Origin: Hypanus sabinus
Taxonomy: Eukaryota
Assembly: GCF_030144855.1 (NCBI RefSeq)
Contig: NC_082731.1
Coordinates: 29,512,001-29,576,000 of the forward strand
Length of the DNA stretch: 64,000 bases
Reading direction: 5' to 3'
A program made the translations under genes and the position numbers. Below the pieces are notes generated by a model, which worked only from the letters and a program-made list of their open reading frames with translations, had not been told where the DNA came from and did no database searches. Shown one piece after another: positions 51,230-61,624 of the stretch (within the stretch, counting starts at the first letter, position 1; every line of letters begins with the position of its first letter).

Positions 51230-52095
51230 CTGGTGGCATGACGCAGCTTGCAGTGGCCACTCCGGAGCTGATTATCTGTTATTTGTGAAGCGGGGTGCCG
51301 TGCACAATCATAATCGATGAAAAACAGACGTGGAAGCACGGAGGAACATCTGGAAATCTCCAGGAAGACCTTCTTCATTGCTGCTGCTGCTGTGAGGTCC
51401 GGGTCTCTGCTGGGAAGAACAGGCCCCCAGTCCTCGGGATTGCATTGCCGATGGCGGGGGTGTCGTAGTTCGCTCGGCAGAGGATGGTGCTCGGAGAAGC
51501 TGTGCCGGTGGGGATGGTCAGAGGCTCGGAGGTTCAACGGACTCGGAGCTCGCTGCAGTCTGGTCGCTTTCAGTGTGTGCTGCGTCTGCGAGGCTGAGTC
51601 AGGCGGCGCCGTGGAAGTCCATAGCGGGGGATTCCCTTCTGCTGCTGGCATGGGATGACGAGTCTATCGGGACTCTGAGGACTTGTGGAAACTGTGTGGT
51701 GGTTTCTTTTGAACTTAGTCTTTTAACATCTTCAGATTATTTTTACTGTGCCCATGGTCTGTTTTTTTTTCATCAATTATGCTATTGTTTGCACTGTTGT
51801 AACTATATGTTGTAACTATGTGGTTTTGTGCAGGTCTTGTATCTTTAGTTTTTGGTCTTGTTTTGTCTGGTGGGATTGGAGCTCCTCTCCGGGGAACGTG
51901 CTAAGATGGTAGCGTGATATTAATATGCAGCAGCCTCTCTGGACTCTGGATTGGGGATTGCCAAACGTTATGTGGATTTTCTGGTGTAGTCTGTTTTGTC
52001 AAGTGCTTTTCTGATATCATTCTGGAGGAACGTTGTCTCATTTTTTAACTGCATTGCATTTGTGGTTTCTAAATGACAATAAACTGAATCTGAAT
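51230..52095 (+). mobile_element. Unclassified non-coding retroposon with (TGAATC)n tail
   Basis: CpG-rich 5' half, no credible ORF, ends aataaactgaatctgaatct. The 5' boundary is approximate. Confidence 0.5.
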
Positions 52096-52806
52096 CTTTA
52101 TACCTCAATGCTGTTTCAGAGAGGTTGCTCTGTGTAATTTGGGTCCCACCTTCCCTCCGTGACAACAGAGACTCCACTTTAAGAGGTACTTCACTGTCTG
52201 TAGAAACCACTCTGGTTTGCCATGGAATCATGAAATCTGTTGAGTGAAGACAAAACACCTTGAGAGAGGGGAGCTTTGGTGTGATTAGTAATTCAATCAG
52301 CACAGTTTATACTTTAGTGAAGATGCAAGATTTGGGACTTGCAGTACACCCATCACCAGGGTGGGAACACTAAATTACCCACCTTGCTGATCTGCCACAT
52401 TGGATACCCTCCCCCCATCAGTTTCCTTTCAATAGGGACCGTTCAGCAGCCCTTGTCTGCCAACCTACTGGGGAGCATCCTGTTACCAACAACAACAACT
52501 TCTCCTGTTGTGTGGCTTCAGCTCCCGAGTTCCCTGCATCAAATGTCCTGTTCCTCTCACTGGCTGAAACAGGTCAAAGAGATTTTGTGGGGAGAACTGC
52601 TGAGGGTTTTGCAGTGAAATTCATGGTGCCAGGTCGCTGACAGAGAAAATATCTTAAAAGTGTAAATTCCAACCATTTCCACCAGGAATCTCTGTTTAAC
52701 ATTGATTCTCATGCTATGAGTGCAGGCAGGCAATTGTGTGGTAACTCTTTCTACTGCTTAATGTATTTTCCTGCAAAGACACTCTTAGACTGTGTCTCTA
52801 TGGAGA

Positions 52807-53106
52807 ATATCTGTCCAGTGACTGGTGTCTCTCAGTCCCTGTCTCTCAGGGGGATATCTGTCCACTGACTGGTGTCCCTCAGTCCCTGTCTCTCAGGGGG
52901 ATATCTGTCCACTGACTGGTGTCTCTCAGTCCCTATCTCCCAGGGGCTATCTATCCACTGACTGGTCTCTTAGCCACTGTCTCCCGGGGGCTATCTATCC
53001 ACTGACTGGTCTCTTAGTCACCGTCTCTCAGGGGGATATCTGTCCACTGACTGGTGTCTCAGTCCCTGTCTCTCAGGGGGATATCTGTCCAGTGACTGGT
53101 GTCTCT
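52807..53106 (+). repeat. 44-47-bp minisatellite (about 6.5 copies) upstream of the IgW promoter
   Basis: Unit starts at 52807, 52854, 52901, 52947, 52991, 53036 and 53081. Consensus atatctgtccactgactggtgtctctcagtccctgtctctcaggggg. Confidence 0.9.
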
Positions 53107-53366
53107 GATTCTCTCTCGCTGGGATTCTGTGTGTTTCAGTTTACACAAACCGTTCATCGTTGAAGTTAATCAATCGAGCAGAGTGTGACAGATCTTTAAT
53201 CCGGATCTGGTCACTGCCGCTGACCTGCCGCCTGTTGCAGAGACAAACATCTTTTGGGGAATTGAAATCGCTGCTGTGGGCGGGGACAGGAAGCTGCGCC
53301 TCTGGTTTCAGTGTGTGAGAGCCTGTTCAAACCGCGGCTCCCTCTCTCACTCACAGCCCACGTCCC

Positions 53367-53374
53367 TATTTAAA
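53367..53374 (+). promoter_or_regulatory. TATA-like box of the IgW V promoter
   Basis: TATTTAAA 88 bp upstream of the leader ATG; GC box gggcgggg at 53278-53285. Confidence 0.6.
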
Positions 53375-53461
53375 CAGCGCTCACTGCGGCTCCGGACAAA
53401 GCCAGCCTGAGCTGAAGCCGCCGATCTCAACAGGTCCAAGACCGGCTCAGTGTTCAGGGCG

Positions 53462-53507
53462 ATGGGGGTCGTTCCGTATCTCTGTCTCCTCCTGTCTTGT
53501 CTGGCAG
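53462..53507 (+). CDS. IgW: IgW heavy-chain leader exon
   Basis: MGVVPYLCLLLSCLA-G, phase-1 donor G|gtgggt, then a 109-bp intron to ttattgacag. Confidence 0.92.
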
Positions 53508-53616
53508 GTGGGTGTCCCGCGGCTTGTCGCCCTCCCGGGACCGGCTGTTTCTCGGAGGCTTTGTGAACCTCTGCCCGTGGAACATTTTATTAATTTCTGC
53601 TCTTTTTTATTGACAG

Positions 53617-53914
53617 GCGTGCGGTCCGACGTCGTGCTGACACAGCCCAAGTCAGCGGTGGTAAAGCCCGGACAGTCTCACACACTGACCTGTGAGGTCA
53701 GAGGGTTCAGCCTCAGCAGCTATGGCATGCACTGGGTGAAACAGGTCCCCGGGAAAGGGCTGGAGTGGCTGGCCGCTGTATGGGCTAACGGTAACAAGTA
53801 TTACGCGCCTGGAGTCCAGAGCCGGTTCACCATTTCCAAGGGCGGCAGCACCGTCACTCTGCAAATGACCGGCCTGAGACTGGACGACACGGCCACCTAT
53901 TACTGTGCGAGAGA
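53617..53914 (+). CDS. IgW: IgW VH segment, germline and unrearranged
   Basis: (G)VRS DVVLTQPKSAVVKPGQSHTLTCEVRGFSLSSYGMHWVKQVPGKGLEWLAAVWANGNKYYAPGVQSRFTISKGGSTVTLQMTGLRLDDTATYYCAR. Canonical Cys, Trp and YYC; no stops. Confidence 0.96.
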
Positions 53915-53953
53915 CACAGTGAGAGAGACCGGGACTGGACCGGGACAAAAACC
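53915..53953 (+). other. V 23-RSS
   Basis: CACAGTG, 23-bp spacer, ACAAAAACC (perfect consensus). Confidence 0.98.
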
Positions 53954-54323
53954 CTGCGAGAGCGCCTGCCCTTCGGGCGCCGAGGGAAAGGGCAGCAGTG
54001 ATCGCCACAGCCGTATCCCGGTCGTTCTGGGCCTCATCCGCTCGTCCACGCAATGGAAGGCGGGTTGTCAGCGGGGATTTCCGAGAAGAGATGCTGGATG
54101 GATGGGCCGAGGGGCTCAGCGGATCACTTCGGAGGGCAGCTCGGAGCCAAGCGCCGTGAGTGGGAATGGGGTCACCGATCGACCTGGTCAGGTGTCGGTC
54201 CTTCGTCCACACGTGACAGTAAATGGTCGGGCCATGAGGAACATTAATGATCAGAGACACTTTGGTGTTCCAGTGCGGTTTGACTGAGGAGTGACTGTGC
54301 TGGGAGACAGTGAGAGGGGCGGA

Positions 54324-54405
54324 GGTTATCGTACGGCGGTGTATCACTGTGACTATAACTGGGTGGCACAGTGTGAGAGATGGCGGCTCCCTCCATGCAC
54401 AAACC
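54324..54405 (+). other. D1 segment (actataactgggtgg, 54352-54366) with 5' 12-RSS and 3' 23-RSS
   Basis: GGTTATCGT-12-CACTGTG and CACAGTG-23-GCACAAACC. Confidence 0.93.
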
Positions 54406-54739
54406 TACCGCAACAAAACTCTTTAAATTGCGCTCTTCGGGCGCCTCCACCGGCCTTTACCCGGGACCCGTGAATATCAATCAGATCCCGAGTGAATAAT
54501 CTGGGAGTGGGAACAAGTTCCACTGGAGATGTGTCTGGAAGGGAACGGGACCACCGAGGAGGAGCTGTCAGTGGAAGCCCAGTGAAAGGTCCCGGTGGGT
54601 TATTTCATCTCCACTTCAGGACTGGGATGGCCGAGATTGAGACCCGCTGTGTGGGACACCCGGACACAAAGGGAGGGTTTAATAAATCCGCCGGCCGGCT
54701 CTGGGATCCACTGGATTTCGGGCTGGATGTGATGAAGGC

Positions 54740-54804
54740 GGTTTGTGACCTGCGGTGAAGCACTGTGACTATGGAGCACGGTGACGGGGAGCTGAACAGA
54801 AACT
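54740..54804 (+). other. D2 segment (actatggag, 54768-54776) with 12-RSS on both sides
   Basis: GGTTTGTGA-12-CACTGTG and CACGGTG-12-ACAGAAACT. Confidence 0.93.
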
Positions 54805-55140
54805 GGTCCCGACAAAGGAGCGTCTGCAGCGCAGTCTGTCTCCACGGATTCCGCATTGCTGCTTCCCAGAGTCAAATCCCTGAATCCTGACTCGGACTGC
54901 TGGGTGTAAATGTCCATTTCTGGACAATTAAAAGCCCAAAAAGGATTCGACTCTGATTCTGGGTGATGGCGAGAGCCGGTGTCCACAGACAGGAAAACTG
55001 TGAAAATACCTGCTTCATTCACACGCCATGAAGAGACAAGGACGGAGTTTGGGATGGAAATCCAGGAAGCGGCTGCTCCCGGTCCGGACAGGGATCATGT
55101 TGACATTTTGCTGAGATTATTGGATGTGACGGGCAAGTGA

Positions 55141-55179
55141 AGTTACTGCACTGGGTGAATGGGGAGACGGAGCACTGTG
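55141..55179 (+). other. J 23-RSS
   Basis: AGTTACTGC (5/9 match to the nonamer consensus), 23-bp spacer, CACTGTG. Confidence 0.85.
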
Positions 55180-55227
55180 ACTATCTTGAATACTGGGGCG
55201 GAGGAACCTCGCTGACAGTGACTTCAG
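55180..55227 (+). CDS. IgW: IgW JH segment
   Basis: YLEYWGGGTSLTVTS with the WGxG motif; donor CAG|gtaaga. Confidence 0.96.
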
Positions 55228-57169
55228 GTAAGACCAACTTCTCAATTGTATCTTCACGCAATAGTATTTTATTTATTTACGGTTTTGGCGAATTCGGTGA
55301 TTTAACTGAAATCAGTGAGATATTTAGAGCGAGTACATGAATCTCCCCGAACCGGCGGGTTTCTCCAGAGCCCAGTAACAGTACAAGGGTACATACCCCA
55401 CCCCACCAGTGAACTGTCCACAGACCGGGAACAGGCTCAGGGGAATGGGGTCGGATCTTGGCACCAGACTGAGCCTTGACACCGGCCGGTTGTGCTGAGT
55501 GAGCTCAGTGTTTGGTTCAAGTCTGGCTTCTGATTCTCAGCACCAACTGAAGCCACGTTCAGGGGCTGAGCGTTTCAGTGCAGTTGAACTCGTTCCCTGT
55601 CAGTGACAACAATGGATCTGTTCCATGTCAAGTTATTGGGATCGGGTTTTACTGTCTGCTGCTTTCATGTTGAAGGTAATGGGATTGAGACATAATCTGA
55701 GCGAATGGTTACACAGGTATGATCTGGTTGATGGCTCAATATCCCCAGGGTATAGGTGGGTGTCAGTCCCATCATGTAATGTCCGGCCTGAGGTCCGTCC
55801 CGGGATACAGCAAAAGTATCGGCGATATTCCAGGATTAATTGATGGGATTGAGGTTTTAGTTTTATTCCCTGATGGTTGAGGAGGCTGGGTATGGTCTGG
55901 AAGAATTTTGGAGTGAGAAGGCAGTGGGGAAGTGGTTTAGGAAAGGTAAGGCAGGGAATTGAAATCACAATTCCTTCACACATTCCGGGCAGCCTTGCAT
56001 TGGTGGGCGGGGGAGGGGGGAGTGGTGCAGGTGGGGTGGGGAGGGAAGCGTTCAAGTAAATAATGTGTAGTAGGCGAGAATTTAAGGGAAGGTTTGTTGA
56101 TGAACGTTTGTGATCTGAAACACACCGCCTGAATGATGGGGGTGGCCAATAGTGAGTGTAGAGAGGGAACAGGAGATCCGCCTTTTGTAGGGATACAGGG
56201 AAGAGCAGAGAGACCAATGGGTTTATTGGGTTTGCTCAGCTAAAGGGAAGCACAGACACTATCGGATGAACGGCCTCACTCTCTGCTCTGTCATTCAATG
56301 GAATCAGTATTTATCTTGTAAATCTGGGAAATTCTTCCTCAAAGAGATTCCAACAATCACCCAAGGGTACACAGAGCATGAGTTAAATGCAGATTACAGC
56401 TCCCATGTCCTGTCCTGGCAGCAACAGATTAGATACAAAGATCCTTCTGCACTGTCCCATCCTTCCCAGGGCGGAGGCAGCAGAGGTTAGACACAGAGTG
56501 AAGCTTCCCCCAACCTGTCCCATCACACGCTCACGGGACACGAGTTGAACTTCACTGTTCAAATGAACTGCTTATTCTCAGTTTCCAGACAGAGCAACTG
56601 CTCTAATTTCTTGCCCTCCTCCATCCCTCGACTGGGTTTGTTTTACAAGTGTTTTCCTACATTAACCAGTGTTGCTGGTGATTCAGTAAAAGTGGTTGCG
56701 AGATAAAGTGCTGACATTTACAAACACCTTTCATGGTGTCCCCGAGCTCTTCACAGGCAATGAAGTAGTTTCAAAGTCCAGCCCTGTTGTAGAGTCGGGA
56801 ATGTGGAGCCACTCTGCACACAGCAGAATCCACAAACTGCAAGGTGAGAACGATCCGACAGTCTGTTCTGGAGATGTTATTGAAGGAGAAATATTGTCCA
56901 GGACACCGTGGACACAGTGATCCAATGGACAGGCACAAGGTTGGATTCGGAGTGATGGGAAACAGGGCAGTACATCAAAGCAGATGAGTAGTGCAGAGGG
57001 ATGGATGAACAGTCCATGGTTACCACCACAACAAAACTGACAAATCTAAACTCAGTTCATCATAATCTGCAACAGATTTGGATCTGTGGTCAGATTTCCA
57101 ACATCTTAATAATTGGTGTTGTTTTTAAATCCAGTCATTAGTAATGATGACCCTTCAGTTTTACTGATG

Positions 57170-57790
57170 TCCCTCAGGGAAGGAGATCTCTCATCCTCAC
57201 CATCCTTACCCTTTGCAACAATATAGGACCCTGGTCAGACCCCACTTGGAGCACTGTGCTCAGTTCTGGTTGCCTCACTACAGGAAGGACGTGGAAGCCA
57301 TAGAAAGGGTGCAGAGAAGATTTACAAGGATGGTTCCTGGATTGGAAGCATGCCTTATGAGAACAGGTTGAGTGAACTTGGCCTTTTCTCCTTGGGGTGA
57401 TAGAGGATGATAGAGGTGAAAAAGATGATGAGAGGCATTGATCGTGTGGATAGTCAGAGGCTTTTTCCCAGGGCTGAAATGGTTGCAACAAGAGGACACA
57501 GGTTTAAGCTGCTGGGGAGTAGGTACAGAAGAGATGCCAGGGGTAAGTTTTTTACTCAGAGAGTGGTGAGTGCGTGGAATGGGCTGCCGGCAATGGTGGT
57601 GGAGGCGGATACAATAGGGTCTTTTAAGAGACCTTTGGATAGGTCCATGGAGCTCAGAAAAATAGAGGGTGATGTGTAAGCCTAGTTCTTAATTTCTAAG
57701 GTAGGGACATGTTCGGCACAACTTTGTGTGCCAAAGGGCCTGTATTGTGCTGTAGGTTTTCTATGTTCCATGTTCTATGTGTTCAATGAG
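57170..57790 (+). mobile_element. CR1 3' end in the J-C intron
   Basis: RGIDRVDSQRLFPRAEMVATRGHRFKLLG...FFTQRVVSAWNGLP, with a (ttctatg)n-like tail. Confidence 0.9.
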
Positions 57791-58028
57791 CCTATTTATG
57801 ACCTATCAATGTGTTTATATCCAAAAGCCCTCTGAATGACAGCTCAGATGTGTAATTCATTCAGACTTTACCGGCAAAGCCCAGATCCCAAAAGACGAAT
57901 GAATAAATAAAATTGCCCATCTGTTGTTCATACTCCCCGATGGTCTATCCACTTACTACAATACAGACTGAAATCAGACTGAACCTCCACCAATCTGCTG
58001 ATTCACCATCGATCGTTTTGTACAAATA

Positions 58029-58580
58029 CCCAGCTCCTGTGACCCACCCAGATCTTTCCCCTCTACACCCCAGCACCCTGTGACCCACCCAGATCCAGTT
58101 CCCCTCCACCCCAGCACCCTGTGACCCACCCAGATCTTTCCCCTCTACACCCCAGCACCCTGTGACCCACCCAAATCCAGTTCCCCTCCACCCCAGCACC
58201 CTGTGACCCACCCAGATCCAGTTCCCCTCCACCCCAGCACCCTGTGACCCACACAGATCCAGTTCCCTTCTTCACCCCAGTACCCTGTGACCCACCCAGA
58301 ACCAGTTCCCCTCCACCCCAGCACCCTGTGACACACCCAGATCCAGTTCCCCTCCACCCCAGTACCCTGTGACCCACCCAGAACCAGTTCCCCTCTTCAC
58401 CCCAGCACCCTGTGACCCACCCAGATCCAGTTCCCCTCCACCCCAGTACCCTGTGACCCACCCAGAACCAGTTCCCCTCTTCACCCCAGCACCCTGTGAC
58501 ACACCCAGATCCAGTTCCCCTCTTCACCCCAGCACCCTGTGACCCACCCAGATCCAGTTCCCCTCCACCCCAGCACCCTG
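58029..58580 (-). repeat. 13 x 41/43-bp tandem array, G-rich on the antisense strand, in the J-C intron
   Basis: tgtgac recurs every 41 or 43 bp from 58038 to 58538. Antisense unit tggaggggaactggatctgggtgggtcacagggtgctgggg. Confidence 0.95.
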
Positions 58581-58714
58581 CTGTCAGTTTGGTGGGTGTT
58601 TTTATAAAGACCCAGAGGAACACTGATCCAGACAGAACTGTACTTACCACCTGCTGGTCCCGGGATGTAAAAGATCCTCAGCTGCAAATCTCACCGACTG
58701 ACATTATTGTGCCT

Positions 58715-58805
58715 CCTGCACTGCCAACACTGAGCAGCTCAGGGAACATCTGTGGGGTGAGAAACAGAGTTAATGTTTCATATCAGTGACCCTTCACCAG
58801 ACTCT
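58715..58805 (-). mobile_element. Penelope-like 3' terminus relic
   Basis: Reverse strand gtCTGGTGAagggtcactgatatGAAACattaactctgtttctc...cacagatg. Confidence 0.55.
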
Positions 58806-59139
58806 GTCAATCTGATTTCTGGCAGCTACGCTGTTTCCCATTTTCTTTTACTGAATTTAGAGAGGCGTGGAGGGAAATCATCCACTAACCGGAGAAACTC
58901 CGGATGCAACGTACCTTTCCTATTTTGATGAAAACAATTTGTTTTTTATTGGCTTCTACAACCCCAGAACATCCCAGGGCCTTTCCCAACCCAGCAAGTA
59001 CTCCTGCAGTGTGTCACTTGTCCACAAGCTGAACTACAACATGACAATCTAGTCTGTTTGGGTGATGTTGGAAGGGAATGGTCACTTATAGCCTACAATT
59101 CCTAAAGCTCCCCGCCATTGGAAAATCTTCATTTGAAGT

Positions 59140-59875
59140 CTGAAAATTCAAAGTAAAATTTATTATCAGGGTACAGATATGTCACCACATACAACTCTGA
59201 GATTCATTTGCTTGTGGGCGTACTCAGCAAATCTATAGAATAGTAACTGTAAACAGGATCAATGAACAGCAAGAGCATAGAAGACAATAAACTGTTGAAT
59301 TGCAACCCTAAATAAATTGCAATAAATAACAAGGTAAAGAGTTCTTAAAGTGAGATCATTGTTTATGGGAACATCTCAATAGATGAGTGTAAATATCCTC
59401 TTCTATTCAAGAGCCGGATGGTTGAGGGTAGTAACTGTTCTTGAAACTGGTGCTGTGCGTCCTGAGGCTCTTGTTCCTTCTGCCTGATGGTAGCAGTGAG
59501 AAAAGAGCCGGGCCTGGGTGGTGAGGATCTTTGATGATAGATGCTGCTTTCTTACGACAGCATTTCATGTAGATGTGCTCAGTGGTTGAGACTGCTTTAC
59601 CCATTATGTACTGGGCTGAATCCACTATCGTTTGCAGTATTTTCCATTCAAAGGCATTGCTGTTCCCATACCAGGCGATAATACAGCCAGTCAATACACT
59701 TTCCACTGCAATTCTATAGAAGTTTATCAAGATTTTAGACATCATGCCAAATCTCCACAGACTCCTGAGGAAGTAGAGGCACTGTCCTGTTTCCTCTGCA
59801 ATTACATTTATATGTCGAGTCCAGGACAGGTCCTCTGAGATAGTGACACCCAGGAATTTAAAGTTACTGACTGTG
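59140..59875 (-). mobile_element. Rex1/Babar-like LINE 3' fragment in the J-C intron
   Basis: VSNFKFLGVTISEDLSW...KDPHHPGPALFSLLPSGRRNKSLRTHSTSFKNSYYP. Confidence 0.88.
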
Positions 59876-60755
59876 TGGTAGATGAATAGATAGTCACAGA
59901 TTACTGATGGTCGTCCTGATGGTCCCAGGTCTTTGGTCCTGTAACTCCCTTGTTGTGAGGGGTTGATGCTGATAAACAGCAGCAAGGTTCCTCAGACCAC
60001 AGCTGACCATCTCTTTCCCCTGCTGCTCAATACAAGGGAAACTGAAGATACTGTGGTTTGAATGGTGCTGGCTGTAGCTGGCATTCCCGAAGTGAACCAT
60101 TTACCAGTGTCTAGCCACTTACACTGGAGTCAGTCTCACAATTCCACAGACCACTGTGCCCCAAGATTTACTGAGTGACAGATGCCACCAGAACTGTCAC
60201 CACACTCCACCACATGACACGGGGCCTTGCTGGAGTTCCCTGGATTAAACTGGGGTTTCCACCTCCATGATTCCCTCGCAGACTAGACTTGTCAAAGGAT
60301 CACAGTCACCATTCATCTCAGTGCGATTCTGGGCCTGGTGTGTTGGGAAGGCGTATGGCTTGTAATTTCCACAGGCTCAGTGCGGTTGAAGTTCTTCCTC
60401 AGTTGCATGGGTTGAATTTTGAGGCGGTGTCAGATGCATCAAGGAGTGCAGAGGGTGCATCAGAAGTGCAGAAGACTTCGGAGTCCTCGTGCGAGTCTCC
60501 CAGAAGGTGAATTTACAGGTGGAGTCCGTGGTAAAGAAGGCAAACACAATGTTGGCATCTACTTCACATCGGACATTGGATGAGTACGGTTCTGGGCGGG
60601 GTGTTGGGGCACATTTGTGACTGTGGGCTCAAGCCTCCACTGTGAGACTGACCCATAGCCTCTGAGTTCACTGACACAGATTCCCAGCTGGGTGTTGAAG
60701 TGGTGAGAGTTTTGTTTCATGGGGTGAATAATTTTGGAAATTACTCATTTATAAA

Positions 60756-61245
60756 CAGTACTGTGCAAAGATCTTGGGCCTATGTATTTTGCTAGCATGC
60801 CCAAGACTTTTCCGTAGTAACATATTTGTCAAAGTGGAGTGGAGAGTGAGTTTGTAAATCTGGCGAGAGCAACGCATGTTGGGAACGGTGAGGGTGGAGC
60901 GCCACGGGAGGGGTGTGGGACAGATGACAGAGCAGGGGCAGCAGTTGGCATGGGTGCAGAGCCAACCAGCTCTGAGACAACAGGCAAGGTCACTTGATTC
61001 AAAACAATTGATTTATTGATCTTTCCAGAATGTCTCTCTGATGCTTCTCACTCCCTTCCCTTTCCCACTCTCAGTCCACAATAGAGACCCACATCAGAAT
61101 CAGGTTTATCCTCACTCACATCTGTCATGAAATTTGTTTTTCTTTAGTGGCTGAGGTACAGTGCAATACATAAAATTACTACAGTACAGTGGAGGGGTCG
61201 GGTGGGCATCCCAGCTTATGTATCTCAGACTTCAGCACAGTAGTT
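60756..61245. mobile_element. Possible Tc1-like MITE with an internal hairpin
   Basis: Arm cagtactgtgcaaagatcttgggc with imperfect inverted partners at about 60799-60820 and 61225-61245. Confidence 0.35.
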
Positions 61246-61330
61246 AGTAATGGTAACGTATAACATGTCTCCTTTGTCTGCCAGTAATGCATTTATTTAC
61301 AGAACTTCTGTGAATTTCTTTCCATTTCAG

Positions 61331-61624
61331 AGGACAAGTCCACACCATCAGTCTACATCACCCCTTCCTGCACCACAGAATCTGACCAAGGCATCAGGCT
61401 CCTCTGTCTGGTCAAGGACTATCAGCCTGAGAGCATCAGTCAGACATGGTCCACTAACAGTGGGGACATCACCACTGGAATCAAGAAATACCCGGCGGTG
61501 TTGGGGCAAAATTCAAAGTACACGATGAGCAGCTTGCTCGAAGTCTCTGCGGCAGACTGGAAGAAGAATGAAGTCTACACGTGCAAGGCAGGGACGGTGA
61601 CAGTGGGGTTCCAGAAACCTCAAT
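61331..61624 (+). CDS. IgW: IgW CH1 exon (absent from the supplied ORF track)
   Basis: Acceptor tccatttcag; phase 1-1; 294 bp. (E)[97 protein letters not shown]. Donor gttagt. Confidence 0.92.

Noticed and set aside
1-53100. TM or C exons of a neighbouring Ig cluster
   Set aside because: I found no Ig C-domain or Ig transmembrane motif upstream on either strand. Hydrophobic ORFs there map to LINE 3' UTRs or low-complexity DNA.
53508-54287. 259-aa ORF spanning the V region
   Set aside because: It is read-through from the leader intron across V and the RSS. Only 53617-53914 is the exon.
52807-58580. Tandem arrays as CRISPR-like loci
   Set aside because: The units are head-to-tail with no unique spacers, there are no cas genes, and the genome is vertebrate.
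57945-58789. Gly/Trp-rich repeat ORFs
   Set aside because: These are translations of the 41/43-bp minisatellite, with no splice or start context.
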